NCBI RefSeq assembly: GCF_964213995.1
Contig: NW_027590128.1
Location: 1,364,001 to 1,428,000 of the forward strand
Origin: Mustelus asterias
Lineage: Eukaryota
Direction of reading: 5' to 3'
Length of the DNA: 64,000 nucleotides
The notes below the pieces were generated by a model. The model was not told the DNA's origin, did not search any database, and was given only the letters and a program-made list of their open reading frames with translations. The position numbers were made by a program, and so were the translations under genes. How positions within the stretch are numbered: position 1 is the stretch's first letter; the number at the start of each line of letters is the position of its first letter. Shown in pieces: positions 1 to 12,092 of this stretch.

Positions 1-75
1 ATCTTGGTTCCAGATAAAGCTCGGCACAACATCGTGGGCCAAAGGGCCTGTTCTGTGCTGTACTGTTCTATGTTC
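1..75 (+). mobile_element. 3' tail of CR1-type LINE inserted into a ZNF coding exon
   Basis: GGGCCAAAGGGCCTGTTCTGTGCTGTACTGTTCTATGTTC matches the 3' ends of other CR1 copies (e.g. 6040-6087) and abuts the ZNF exon at 76. Confidence 0.7.
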
Positions 76-960
76 CTCACATTTCCATGGTTTCTCCATG
101 GTGCCAGTATCCTTGTGTCTCTCCAGGTTGATGATCAGTTGACTACACACACTGCACATGTACGGTTCCTCCCTGCTGTGAATGGTGTGATGTTTTTTCA
201 GGCTGTGTAACTGGTTCAAGCTCTTTTCACAGTCAGTTCACTGGAACGCTGTCACTCGGGTGTGTGTGTCTCGCTGCTTTTCCAGTCACACTGATGTTTG
301 AAATCTTTTCCCACAGACAGAACAAACAAACATTTCTCCTTCCACATTGATATTCAGGTCCTGATGAATCGAATGACTGTCAGATCTCAATGTGATGTTT
401 GATTTAAGTTTCCCACCTGTCAATCCTCCCATCCTAATCCCCTGTAAAAGGAGTTTACAGAAGTTATCAGTGTAAATACAGGATAGAAATTCAGAACAGA
501 CAATTCTAGTTTGGATGGAACATTCTTTCCTTTCTTATTCCCTCCAATCATATGGTCCAAACGAACTGAAAGACAAAAATCAACAACCAAGCATCAACAA
601 AACCAAAGGGAACCTTCCGAACTGAACCAGAAAGTTCTGACCAGTGTGACTGATCCTTTTATGTGACTCGGGCACTAGGACCCAGTTAAAAACAGAAATC
701 CTGAATCCCGTCCACTCTCTGTTGTGTGACAATGGGCGTCACCAAGACGTCAGCGCATGCGCTCTGCCCTCCGCTGAACTAAGATGGCGGCTGGTAACCG
801 GGGTCTTCGCCCCAGGAGGACAAACCGGAGCTGCAAACGCGGAACCTGCAGGTCCGTATTCGCGGTTTGAGGCTTTCAGCAGGTATTTAGAAACCCTCCC
901 CGTTCACCCGCCGACTCCATCGGCCCTGCGCGTTTCCACACCTTCACCGGCTGCGGATCA
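76..960 (-). pseudogene. C2H2 ZNF gene relic (ZNF-0): first exon plus start of the terminal exon, interrupted by a LINE
   Basis: Minus strand: donor CCCG|GTTACC near 798; family acceptor CCTTTTACAG near 443; fossil fingers FVCSVCGKRFQTSV*LEKQRDTH; ATG at 99 gives MEKPWKCE, then the CR1 tail. Confidence 0.75.
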
Positions 961-1060
961 GACAAAAGGATCCTCTCTCCCCTTCGCCATCACTGACATC
1001 GCGCATGCTCCCGACCATGTTCGGTACTGCGCCTGCGCACTGTTCCCCTATGGTGTGGAT
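720..1060. promoter_or_regulatory. CpG-island ZNF promoter/first-exon region, possibly bidirectional
   Basis: CpG-rich; NRF1-like GCGCATGCGC (753-762), GCGCATGCTC (1001), TGCGCCTGCGCA (1028); YY1-like AAGATGGCGG (781-790). Confidence 0.65.
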
Positions 1061-1065
1061 AGGGG

Positions 1066-1650
1066 ATAAAGAACAAAGAACAGCACAGCACAAGAACAGG
1101 CCCTTCAGCCCACAAGCCTGCGCCCATCACGTTGTCCTATCTAAACCAACCGCTTATATCCCTCTATACACCGTCTGTTCATGTTTCTATCCAGATAAGT
1201 TTTAAATGTTGCTAATGTATCTGCCTCGACCACCTCACTTGGCAGTGCATTCCAGGCCCCACCACCCACTGTGTAAAAAAAACGTCCCCCCCCGTGTCTC
1301 CACTGAACTTTTCCCCCCCTTACTTTGAATTGTGCCCCCTTGTGATTGTCATTTCTGTCCAGGAAGAAAGCTTCCAACTGTTACCTTACCTACGCCCCTC
1401 ATAATTTTATAAACTTCTATCAGGTTGCCCCATGGCCTCCATCTTTCCAGTTTATTCAATCTTTCCTCATAGCTAATACCCTCCATACCATGCAACATCC
1501 TGGTAAACATTTTCTGTACTCCCTCCAAAGCCACCACGTCCTTCTGGTAGAATGCCGACCAGAATTGGACACAGTATTCCAAATGTGACCTAACCAATAT
1601 TTTATATGACTGTAACATAATTTGCCAACTTTTATACTCAACATTCACCA
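1066..1650 (-). mobile_element. CR1 LINE 3' fragment
   Basis: ORF remnants LVRSHLEYCVQFWS..LEGVQKMFTRM and WNALPSEVVEA; (TTCTTTG)-type tail. Confidence 0.85.
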
Positions 1651-1732
1651 CCGTGGGGGATGTTGGTTAAAATCACCACCTTTGAAAGTCCCAAATAGTT
1701 AAGTCACTGTTTTTGCTTTGATGTGAACATTA

Positions 1733-2027
1733 AGGTGGCACGGTGGTTAGCACTGCTGCCTCACAGCGCCAGGGACACCGGATTCGATTCCCAGCCTTGT
1801 GGAGTCTGTGTGGAGTTTGCACGTTCTCTTCGTATCTGCGTGAGTTCCCTCTGGGTGCTCTGGTTTCCTCCCACAGTCCGAAAGACGTGCTGGTTAGGTA
1901 CATTGGCCATGCTGAATTCTCCCTCAGTGAACCCGAACAGGCGCCGGAGTGTGGCGACTATGGGGTTTTCACAGTAACTTCATTGCAATGTGAATGTAAG
2001 CCTACTTATGATGCTAATAAATAAATA
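1733..2027 (+). mobile_element. tRNA-derived HE1-like SINE (tail type A)
   Basis: GGTGGCACGGTGGTTAGCACTGCTGCCTCACAGCGCCAGG A-box head, GATTCGATTCC B-box, shared core; ends AATAAATAAA. Confidence 0.85.
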
Positions 2028-2683
2028 GACTGTGTCCTTTCACTAACAAGACCAGCAGCAAACATTCCCCATCCTCGGGTACCTGTGGGCAAGATGATGT
2101 TTGACCTTCTTGAACCGTTGCAGTCCATGTGGTGAAGGTGCTCCCACAATGCATTAGGTAAGAGTTACAGGTTATTCACCCAGTGATGATGAAGGAACAA
2201 TGATACATGTCAATAATAACAATCTGTATTTATATGTCTTCCATGTAATAGACTTTCCCAGGGCATTTCAAAGAAGTGTTTTTCACACTAAATGCCTTTG
2301 CAGGTCAGTGAGCTCGGGGGTGATGATGAACAAGACTTGATGTGAGTAAGCACATGGCCAGCAGAGATTTGGATGACTTCAAGACTTCAGGGAGATTGAA
2401 TGTAGGAGGCCGGGAATGCATTCGGATAGTTAAGTCTGGAGTTATTGAAGGAATGGACGAGAGTTCCAGCTGCAGACGAACAGAATCAAGTGTAGGTTAG
2501 AGGGATTAGCGGGTAAAATATGTAGGGATATGGTGATAGGGCCTGGGTGGGATTGTGGTCGGTGCAGACTCGATGAGCCGAATGGCCTCTTTCTGCACTG
2601 TAGGATTTCTATGTTTCTAAGGACAGAGTAAGAGTTTTAACAACACCAGGTTAAAGTCCAACAGGTTTATTTGGTAGCAAATA

Positions 2684-2720
2684 CCATTAGCTTTCGGAGC
2701 GCTGCTCCTTCGTCAGATGG
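2684..2720 (-). ncRNA. Minimal type I hammerhead ribozyme (PLE pLTR)
   Basis: Minus strand CCAT-CTGACGA-AGGAGCAGCGCTCC-GAAA-GCTA-ATGG: intact core, stems I and II, palindromic AGCT helix III. Confidence 0.85.
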
Positions 2721-3611
2721 AGTGGAAATGTGCTCTCAAACAGGGCACAGAAACACACAAATCAAGTTACAGAATACTGATTAGAATGCGAATCCCGACA
2801 GCCAGCCAGATCTTAAAGATACAGACAATGTGGGTGGAGGGAGCATTAAGCACAGGTTAAAGAGATGTGTATTGTCTCCAGACAGAACGGCCTGCAAGTC
2901 CAGGAGGCAAGCTGTGGGGGTTACTGATAATGTGACGTAAATCCAACATCCCGGTTTAGGCCGTCCTCATGTGTGCGGAACTTGGCTATCAGTTTCTGCT
3001 CAGCGACTCTGCGTTGTCGTGTGTCGTGAAGGCCGTCTTGGAGAACGCTTACCTGAAGATCAGAGGCTGAATGCCCGTGACTGCTGAAATGCTCCCCCAC
3101 AGGAAGAGAACAGTCTTGCCTGGTGATTGTCGAGCGGTGTCATTGATGAAGACGAACATCTCGCCAAGGCCATCCCCACACACCCACTTCTTGTCTTCAA
3201 ACAACTGCGCAACCTCAAACAGACCATTGTCCGCAGCAAACTACCCAGCCTTCAGGAGAACAGTGACCACGACACCACACAACCCTGCCACAGCAACCTC
3301 TGCAAGACGTGCCGGATCATCGACGCGGATGCCATCATCTCACGTGAGAACACCACCTACTAGGTACACGGTACCTACTCTTGCAACTCGGCCAACGTTG
3401 TCTACCTGATACGCTGCAGGAAAGGATGTCCCGAAGCATGGTACATTGGGGAAACCATGCAGATGCTACGACAACGGATGAATGAACACCGCTCGACAAT
3501 CACCAGGCAAGACTGTTCTCTTCCTGTGGGGGAGCACTTCAGCAGTCGTGGGCATTCAGCCTTGGATCTTCAGGTAAGCGTTCTCCAAGGCGGCCTTCAC
3601 GACACACGACA

Positions 3612-4913
3612 TAAGAACATAAGAACATAAGAAATAGGAGCAGGAGTAGGCCATCTAGCCCCTCGAGCCTGCCCCGCCATTCAATAAGATCATGGCTGAT
3701 CTGACGTGGATCAGTACCACTTACCCGCCTGATCCCCATAACCCTTAATTCCCTTACCGATCAGGAATCCATCCATCCGCGCTTTAAACATATTCAGCGA
3801 GGTAGCCTCCACCACCTCAGTGGACAGAGAATTCCAGAGATTCACCACCCTCTGGGAGAAGAAGTTCCTCCTCAACTCTGTCCTAAACCGACCCCCCTTT
3901 ATTTTGAGGCTGTGTCCTCTAGTTTTAACTTCCTTACTAAGTGGAAAGAATCTCTCCGCCTCCACCCTATCCAGCCCCCGCATTATCTTATAAGTCTCCA
4001 TAAGATCCCCCCTCATCCTTCTAAACTCCAACGAGTACAAACCCAATCTCCTCAGCCTCTCCTCATAATCCAAACCCCTCATCTCCGGTATCAACCTGGT
4101 GAACCTTCTCTGCACTCCCTCCAATGCCAATATATCCTTCCTCATATAAGGGGACCAATACTGCACACAGTATTCCAGCTGCGGCCTCACCAATGCCCTG
4201 TACAGGTGCATCAAGACATCCCTGCTTTTATATTCTATCCCCTTCGCAATATAGGCCAACATCCCATTTGCCTTCTTGATCACCTGTTGTACCTGCAGAC
4301 TGGGCTTTTGCGTCTCATGCACAAGGACCCCCAGGTCCCTTTGCACGGTAGCATGTTTTAATTTGTTTCCATTGAGATAGTAATCCCATTTGTTATTATT
4401 TCCTCCAAAGTGTATAACCTCGCATTTCTCAACGTTATACTCCATTTGCCATATCCTCGCCCACTCACTCAGCCTGTCCAAATCTCTCTGCAGATCTTCT
4501 CCGTCCTCCACACGATTCACTTTTCCACTTATCTTTGTGTCGTCTGCAAACTTCGTTACCCTACACTCCGTCCCCTCCTCCAGATCATCTATATAAATGG
4601 TAAACAGTTGCGGCCCGAGTACCGATCCCTGCGGCACGCCACTAGTTACCTTCATCCAACTGGAAAAACACCCATTTATTCCGACTCTTTGCTTCCTGTC
4701 GGATAGCCAGTCCCCAATCCACTTTAACACATTACCCCCAACTCCGTGTGCCCTAATCTTCTTCAGCAGCCTTTTATGGGGCACCTTATCAAACGCCTTT
4801 TGGAAATCCAAAAACACCGCATCCACCGGTTCTCCTCCATCAACCGCCCTAGTCACATCTTCATAAAAATCCAACATGTTCGTCAAGCACGACTTTCCCC
4901 TCATGAATCCATG
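3612..4913 (-). mobile_element. Young 5'-truncated CR1 LINE with open RT C-terminal ORF
   Basis: Uninterrupted ORF 3711-4913 (HGFMRGKSCLTN, GVPQGSVLGP, KFADDTK); (TAAGAACA)n tail at 3612-3633; GACA duplicated at the junctions. Confidence 0.95.
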
Positions 4914-5210
4914 ACAGCGCAGAATCGCTGAGCAGAAACTGATAGCCAAGTTCCGCACACATGAGGACGGCCTAAACCGGGACGTTGGATTTATGTCACA
5001 TTATCAGTAACCCCCACAGCTTGCCTCCTGGACTTGCAGGCTGTCCTGTCTGGAGACAATACACATCTCTTTAACCTGTGCTTAATGCTCCCTCCACCCA
5101 CATTGTCTGTATCTTTAAGATCTGGCTGGTTGTAGGGATTCGCATTCTAATCAGTATTCTGTAACTTGTTTTTTGTGTCTCTGTGCCCTGTTTGAGAGCA
5201 CATTTCCACT

Positions 5211-5247
5211 CCATCTGACGAAGGAGCAGCGCTCTGAAAGCTAATGG
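5211..5247 (+). ncRNA. Minimal type I hammerhead ribozyme (PLE pLTR)
   Basis: CCAT-CTGACGA-AGGAGCAGCGCTCT-GAAA-GCTA-ATGG; G-U wobble in stem II. Confidence 0.85.
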
Positions 5248-5375
5248 TATTTGCTACCAAATAAACCTGTTGGACTTTAACCTGGTGTTATTAAAACTCT
5301 TACTGTGTTCACCCCAGTCCAACGCCGGCAACTACACATCATGTCTAAGGACAGAGTCAGGTGATGTTACTCAGG

Positions 5376-6087
5376 TCAGGTACACAGGTCACTGAAAGTC
5401 AGGTACACAGGTCTCTGAAAGTGGCAATGGAGGTGGAGAAGCTAGTCAAGAAGGCATATGACATGCTTGCCTTCATCGGCCGGGGCATTGAGTTTAAAAA
5501 TTGGCAACTCATGTTGATGCTTTATAGAACCTTAGTTAGGCCGCACTTGGAATATAGTGTTCAATTCTGATCGCCACATTACCAGAAGGATGTGGAGGCT
5601 TTGGAGAGGGTACAGAAAAGATTTACCAGGATGTTGCCTGGTATGGAGGGCATTAGCTATGAGGAGAGGTTGGAGAAACTTGGTTTGTTCTCACTGGAGC
5701 GAAGGAGGTTGAGGGGAGACCTGATAGAAGTCCACAAGATTATGAGAAGCATGGACAGAGTGGATAGTCAGAAGCTTTTTCCCAGGATGGAAGAGTCAAT
5801 TACTGGGGGGCATAGGTTTAAGGTGCGAGGGGCGAGGTTTAAGGGAGATGTACGAGGCAGACTTTTTACACAGAGAGTAGTGGGTGCCTGGAACTCGTTG
5901 CCAGGGGAGGTAGTGGAAGCGGTAGTGACTTTTAAGGGGCATCTTGACAAGTACATGAATAGGATGGGAATAGAGGGATATGGTCCCCAGAAGGGTAGGG
6001 GGTTTTAGTTCAGTCGGGCAGCATGGTTGGTGCAGGCTTGGAGGGCCGAAGGGCCTGTCCCTGTGTTGTAATGTTCTTTGTTCTTTG
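5376..6087 (+). mobile_element. CR1 LINE 3' fragment
   Basis: ORFs 5361-5570 and 5592-6008 (LVRPHLEYSVQF*, ALERVQKRFTRMLPGM, WNSLPGEVVEA). Confidence 0.9.
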
Positions 6088-6744
6088 ATCTTTGTACTGA
6101 GATGGAAATTGGCAGTCTTGGTGATTATTCAGATATGAGGTCAGGAGCTCAGTTTAGAGTGAAAGCTGTTATTGAGGCTGGGAACAGTCCGGTTCAGTCT
6201 CAGACAGTTGTCAGGGAGAAGGATGGAGTCAGTAGTTTGGGAGTGGAGTTTGTAGCGGGGACTGAAGAGAAACAATGGTTTTCTTCTTCCCAGTAGTTAA
6301 ATGGAGCACATTGCTGTTCATTCAGTACTGGATATCGGACAGGGCAGGACAGTGTGCGAGTTGGAGGGGAATTTGGAGATTATGGTGTCCGCATAGACCT
6401 GGTCCTCCTTGGTGTAGAAGTTGAAGGTTTGGAGAATTTTGTCAAAGTTTTAGAATTCAAAGTAGAAAATCACCTCCTTTGTTCCTGCGTCTTTCACCTC
6501 TCTCCCCTCCCATAGAGGCCAGAGTCTTGTGTAGGCCCAGACTGGGTGGTAAGTTCCCTTCCCTAAAGGACATTAGTGAACCAGTTGGGTTTTTGTGACA
6601 ATCCAGGAGCTTCCATGGTCACTTTTTCCTCGTGTCGACCCCACAGATTACCAGATTCATTCAGCTCAATTTCATAACCTGCCTTTGTGTTTTTGTGGGC
6701 ACTCTCTCACTCCCTTTTCTCTGTTTTAAATTAATTTCATGAGG

Positions 6745-7280
6745 TATTGAAAGAGGAGGATATGTAGTCAGGAAACTCAAACCAAACATTCACATCAGAT
6801 GGAGTTGTCCAAATCATGGGATTTTGAACATTGAAGGAAAAAGCACTGTTCACAGTGGGGAAAAACCGTACACATGTTCTATGTGTGGATGAGGCTTCAA
6901 CCAATCATCTAACCTGTCGAGACACGATCACACCGGGGAAAACTGTGGAAACATGAGGACTGTGAGAAGGCCTTCAGTTACCGTCTAAACTGGAAACTCA
7001 GCGACGCAGTCACACAAGGGAGAGGCTGTGAACCGGCTCTGAGTGTGGGTTGTGATTCAATAAGTCAAACAACCAGTTGAAACACCAGCAGCTTCACCTG
7101 GGGGAGAGGCCATTCACCTGCTCTGTATGTGGGAAACAATTCACTCAGTCATCATTACCCATGACACAACAGCGAGTTCACACTGACAAGAGACCTTTTA
7201 AATGCCCAGACTGTGGGAAGTGCTATAAAAGTTCCCAAGAACTGACATCCCATCAATATGTTCACACTGAAGAGAGGCTG
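6745..7280 (+). pseudogene. Degenerate ZNF terminal exon, paralog of ZNF-1
   Basis: Finger remnants [14 protein letters not shown].., [23 protein letters not shown]; stops and frameshifts; upstream 6515-6745 is paralogous to 8040-8554. Confidence 0.85.
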
Positions 7281-7309
7281 GAATTAGGGGAGAGCATCGA
7301 TGATGGAGA

Positions 7310-7840
7310 ATTGTGTGACTGAAGGATATTACAGAGAGAGGAGTGGTCGCAGTCATGGAGAAATTTGGAAACAAGAACGGGAGTTTTTAAATGTTAGTGG
7401 TTCTTAAACACGAACCTTTATAGGTCAGTGAGCACAGGGGTGATGGGTGAACAAGTCTTGAATAATTACACAGACAGCAGAGTTTTGGATGACCTCAGGA
7501 TTGCAGCGAGGCTGAATGTGGGAGGCCAGCAAAGAGTGCTCTGGGAGAGTTAAGTCCAGAGGTAACAAAGGAATGGATGAGAGTTTCTGAACAAGATGAT
7601 TTGAGACTCGGGCGATGTTACTGAGGTGGAAATAGACATTCTGGGTGATGATGAGGATATGTGGCTGGAAGCTCAGTTTGGGATGAGCCAGGACACTGAG
7701 GTTGTGAGAAGTCTGGTTCAGCCTCAGACAGTTGCCAGGGAGAGAGAGTGGAGTCTGTTGTGAGGACTGAAGACAACGGCTTGGTTCTTAATATTCAATT
7801 GGAGGAAGTTTCTGTTCATCCAGTACTGGATGTCAGACAC
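7310..7840 (-). mobile_element. Old L2-type LINE fragment
   Basis: Minus strand of ~7520-7590 resembles ETLIHSFVTSGLNSPRALFAGLP (L2 RT C-terminal motif). Confidence 0.55.
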
Positions 7841-8127
7841 GTCAGGATGGTGTGTTAATGAAAAGGAACTTGGAGATGATGGTGTTCCCATACGCCTGCT
7901 TCATTGCTCCATCGAGGTGGTGGAGGTTGTGGGAGTTTGAAATATTTGAAATTCCTTTTTTCCTGTGCTGCCCAATTCTGTCTCGCCCTCTCCTACTTCT
8001 GTCTCTCTGCCTCTTCCCCCTCGATCTCTTCTCCCAGATTGTCCAGAGTCTTGTGTCACCCCTGACCAGGGAGCAGGTTTCCTTCCCTGAAGGACATTGG
8101 TGAATCAGTTGGTTTTTTTTTAAAGTT

Positions 8128-8405
8128 AAAAGTTTATTTATTAGTCACAAGTAGGCTTACATTAACACTGCAATGAAGTTGCTGTGAAATTCCCCTAGTC
8201 GCCACATTCCAGCACCTGTTCGGGTCAATGCAACTAAGCAGCATGTCTTTCGGACTGTGGGAGGAAACCGGAGCACCCGGAGGAAACCCACGCAGACACG
8301 GAGAGCATGCAAACTCCCCACAGACAGTGACCCAAGCTGGGAATCAAACACGGGTCCCTGGCACTGTGAGGTAGCAGTGCTGATCACTGTGCCCCCGTGC
8401 CGCCC
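8128..8405 (-). mobile_element. HE1-like SINE (tail type A)
   Basis: Reverse complement of the 1733-2027 family. Confidence 0.85.
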
Positions 8406-8665
8406 AATGACAATCCGGCAGTTTCCATGGTAACTTTTTCCCAGTGCCGGCCCCACAAATGACCAGATTCATTCAGCTCAATTTCACAACCTGCCTTTGA
8501 GTTTCTGTGGGTTCTCTCTCACTGCCTTTTTTCCATTTAAATCAGTTTCACAGGGTTTTAGAAGAGGAGGATTTTGAGTCAGGAAACACAAAGCGAACAT
8601 CACATCAGGATCTGATGGAGTCGCCCAATTTATTGTAACCATTGTATCATGATTGGATTTTGAAC

Positions 8666-9940
8666 ATGGAAGAAAAAAGCATCGATTGCAGTGGGGAGAA
8701 TCTGTACGCGTGTTCTGTGTATGAATCATCTGACCCCACGAACCACAAGTGCAGTCACACTGAAGAGAAGCCGTTGAAATGTGGGGACTGCGAGGAAGGA
8801 TTCCATTCCCCATCTGAACTGGAAATTCACCAGCGAGTTCATGCTGGGGAGAGGCCGTTCACCTGCTCTGTGTGTGGGAAAGGATTCACTCAGTCGTTCA
8901 ACCTGCTGAGACACCGGCAAGTTCACACTGGAGAGAGACCATTCACCTGCTCCAAATGTGGGAAGGGATTCACTCAGTCATCCAATCTGCTGGTACACCA
9001 GAGAGTTCACACCGGGGAGAGGCCATTCACCTGCTCCCAGTGTGGGAAGGGATTCATTCACACAAGCAACCTGCTATCACACCAGCGAGTTCACACTGAC
9101 AAGAGACCTTTTAAATGTCCAGCATGTGGGAAGTGCTTTAAAAGTTCCCGGGAACTGACACGCCATCAGCAAGTTCACACGGAGGAAAGACCTTTTTACT
9201 GTGCAGAATGTGGAAAGGGCTATAAAAGTTCCTGGGAACTGACGTACCACCAACGTGTTCACACTGAGGAGAGACCGTTCAGGTGCTCTCACTGCGGGAC
9301 TGGGTTCAGGCAATCATCTCAACTCACTGTACACCAGCGAATTCACACTGGGAAAAGGCCATTCACCTGCACGGAGTGTGGGAAGGGATTTAGTCGGTCA
9401 TCCCAACTCATGGTGCACCAGCGGGTTCACTCTGGAGAGAGACCTTTCAAGTGCCTCGACTGTGGGAATTACTATAAAAGTTCTGGAGAACTGAAATCCC
9501 ATCAGCATGTTCACACTGACAAGAGACCGTTCAGATGCTCTCACTGTGCAATTGGATTCAGGCAATCATCCCATCTCACTGAACACCAGCGAATTCACAC
9601 TGGGGAGAGACCGTTCACCTGCTCCAATTGTGGGAAGGGATTTACTCAGTCCTCCCAACTCATGGCTCACCAGCGGGTTCACACTGAGGAGAGACCTTTC
9701 AAATGCCCAGACTGTGGGAAGTGCTACAAACGATCTGGAGATCTGAGGTCCCACCAACGTGTTCACACTGACGAGAGGCCATTCATGTGCTCTCAATGTG
9801 GGACTGGGTTCAGTCGATCGTCGATACTAATTGAACACCAGCGAGTTCACACTGGGGAGAAGCCATTCACCTGCTCCAAGTGTGGGAAGGGATTCACTCG
9901 GAAATCCAACCTGCTGACGCATCAGCGAATTCATAAGTGA
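8666..9940 (+). CDS. C2H2 zinc-finger protein ZNF-1, 14 tandem fingers, no effector domain seen
   Basis: Open frame with 14 CxxC..HxxxH units and TGERP-like linkers; first in-frame ATG at 8666 after acceptor TTTCACAG (8553); TGA at 9938-9940. Confidence 0.9.
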   Translation: MEEKSIDCSGENLYACSVYESSDPTNHKCSHTEEKPLKCGDCEEGFHSPSELEIHQRVHAGERPFTCSVCGKGFTQSFNLLRHRQVHTGERPFTCSKCGKGFTQSSNLLVHQRVHTGERPFTCSQCGKGFIHTSNLLSHQRVHTDKRPFKCPACGKCFKSSRELTRHQQVHTEERPFYCAECGKGYKSSWELTYHQRVHTEERPFRCSHCGTGFRQSSQLTVHQRIHTGKRPFTCTECGKGFSRSSQLMVHQRVHSGERPFKCLDCGNYYKSSGELKSHQHVHTDKRPFRCSHCAIGFRQSSHLTEHQRIHTGERPFTCSNCGKGFTQSSQLMAHQRVHTEERPFKCPDCGKCYKRSGDLRSHQRVHTDERPFMCSQCGTGFSRSSILIEHQRVHTGEKPFTCSKCGKGFTRKSNLLTHQRIHK

Positions 9941-10542
9941 AGGCAGGAGTTAGAGTTTGCTGTTAATCACACCCAGGACTGAACAACATTCATTAGGGTC
10001 CTATTCTGCTGGTGTTCATAAACTGCAGCTCGGTAATAGGTGTTAATGTTCTGGATAAAATTAAACTGAATCAGTTTTGTGTCAAACAATATGTGGCAAA
10101 TGTTTTTAATATTAACACAAGTTAGTTGCTTTTGAAGTGAGCTTCCTCTGGACCAAGATTTACTCTGGCTACTTGTTTCCTGTTGTTTCCTTTTTTTTAC
10201 ACTGCTTGGATAGGTATGATCCCATTCAATAAGAACAATATGCAACGAGAGAGTTCGGGGAGTCCATTCAGCCCTCATCATTTGACTGTCAAGTTGACTT
10301 GGACGAAATGCATCATCTGTAAGGCTGTATTTATATCACATTCATAGCCCATCCACCAAGTCACAGCTCATACTGAGCCAGAGGATCTACCATTTTACAG
10401 CCATAGGGGTGTCACACCATGCCAAATATATGAACATTTCCATTAGTGGATGGAAATGATGGCAGTCTGGGGGCCCAATTGGAGACACAAGCACAGAAAT
10501 ATGGGGGAATTGACCATGTTAATGTGGGGATTTGTCACAAAC

Positions 10543-11320
10543 CTTCGTCTTCATCAATGACATGTTGAAGGCTCCAGAGGAGATGCCGTAGCTTCTCCGC
10601 TCCGGGGAAGTACTGGACGACAAAGGGTATTCTGTCCACCATGTCCCGTGTTTGTCTTCTGAGAAGGTCGGTGCGGTTTATCGCTGTGGCACGTCGGAAC
10701 TGTCGATCGATGAGTTGAGCGCCATATCCTGTTCTTTATGAGGGCATCTTTCAGCGCCTGGAGGTGTCTGTTGCGATCCTCCTCATCCGAGCAGATCCTG
10801 TGTATACGGAGGGCTTGTCCATAGGGGGTGACTTCTTTAACGTGTTTAGGGTGGAAGCTGGAGAAGTGGAGCATCGTGAGGTTATCCATGGGCTTGCGGT
10901 ATAGTGAGGTGCTGAGGTGACCGTCCTTAATGGAGATGTGTGTGTCCAAGAATGCAACCGATTCCGGAGAGTAGTCCATGGTGAGTCTGATGGTGGGGTG
11001 GAACTTGTTGATGTCATCATATAGTTGTCCCAGTGATTGTTCACCATGAGTCCAAAGGAAGAAAATGTCATCAATGTATCTAGTGTATAGCATCGGTTGA
11101 AGGTCCTGTGCGGTGAAGATGTCTTGTTTGAACCTGTGCATGAAGATGTTGGCATATTGAGGTGCAAATTTGGTCCCCATGGCTGTTCCGTGTGTCTGGA
11201 TGAAGAACTGGTTGTTGAAGGTGAAGACATTGTGGTCCAGGATGAAGCGGATGAGTTGTAAAATTGCATCTGGAAACTGGCAGTTGTCGGTGCTGAGCAC
11301 TGAAACGGCCTGAGTGGCCT
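10543..11320 (-). mobile_element. Penelope-like element reverse transcriptase fragment
   Basis: QTHGTAMGTKFAPQYANIFM, YTRYIDDIFFLW, FLDT, TSLYRKP, RIHRICS motifs typical of PLE RT. Confidence 0.9.
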
Positions 11321-11359
11321 GCTCATAGTTCATTTGTTCATATATTCTTATGTCTCTTT

Positions 11360-11700
11360 TCCTGGAAATCTCTCTCTCTCTCTTGGGAATGTGCATCACA
11401 CAACTTTTCCATTCGCACTGATGATTGAAATCTTTTTGAACAGGGCATCAGTGTTCCTCTGACATTTGATCACTGATGATAGTCATGTCCAAATGAATCA
11501 AGATGTTTCTGACTGAAAATCCTTCCATTCTAATCCCTTGTAAATAAAAACATCTATCAAAGCAATGAATGTAAGCACAGGATAGAAATTTGAAACTGAT
11601 ATTCTGGTTGTCACGTAACATTCTCCTCCCTTTCTGGAAAGCATTCTTTCTGGTTGTATCACAACTTGATATTTCTCCTGCTCTGTCCAAGACCACAAGA
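11360..11700 (-). pseudogene. Relic of a minus-strand ZNF intron/terminal-exon start
   Basis: Minus strand has the family intron block AATTTCTATCCTGT..., GGATTAGAATGGAAGGATTT and AAAAGATTTCAATCATCAGTGCGAATGGAAAAG, homologous to ZNF-0/2/3/4. Confidence 0.6.
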
Positions 11701-11714
11701 AACTACAAAGGGTC

Positions 11715-12092
11715 ATGAATGACCTAATCCATCATGTAAACCAGCCTCGTATCCATTGACTCTGTCTACATTTCCCACTGTCTTAGAAAAGCAGCCAGCA
11801 TAATCAAAGACCTGGACATTCTTTCTTCCACCTTCTTCCATCGGGAAAAAGATATAAAGGTCTGAGGACATGTACAACCAAATCAAGAATAGCTTCTGCC
11901 CTGTGGCCATCAAACTTTTGAGTGGAACTATCTCACATTAATTTGATCTTTCTCTATATCCTAGCTATGACTGTCATACTCCATTCTGCACCCTCCTCTT
12001 TCCTTCTCTTTGTCAGTAAAACGTACAAGAAACAATACTTCGCACTGTCTACTAATACATGTGACAATAATAAATCAAATCGAATCAAATTT
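11715..12092 (+). mobile_element. Rex1/Babar-type LINE 3' fragment
   Basis: Remnant KAASIIKD..LLPSGKRYKGLRT..IKNSFCP; (AAATC)n tail; same family at 39720, 47170, 54530. Confidence 0.65.

Larger units (their letters stand above)
2630..5343 (+). mobile_element. Penelope-like element (GIY-YIG end plus pLTR) with inverted 5' arm, interrupted by CR1
   Basis: 14-bp TSD TCTAAGGACAGAGT (2616-2629, 5344-5357); 2630-3140 is the reverse complement of the element 3' end; GIY-YIG motif YSCNSANVVYLIRCRKGCPEAWYIGET at ~3375-3456; hammerheads in both arms. Confidence 0.9.
2300..6430 (-). mobile_element. Old L2-type LINE fragment split by nested insertions (pieces ~2300-2490, ~5358-5375, ~6090-6430)
   Basis: The pieces concatenate into a paralog of 7420-7840, whose minus strand resembles the L2 RT motif LIHxFVTSxLxxSxALLAGLP. 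Confidence 0.55.

Noticed and set aside
1733-1800. SINE heads as tRNA genes
   Set aside because: A/B boxes are present, but they continue into the SINE core and lack a complete cloverleaf.
3711-4958. 415-aa ORF as a host gene
   Set aside because: 5'-truncated CR1 RT whose apparent start comes from antisense Penelope sequence.
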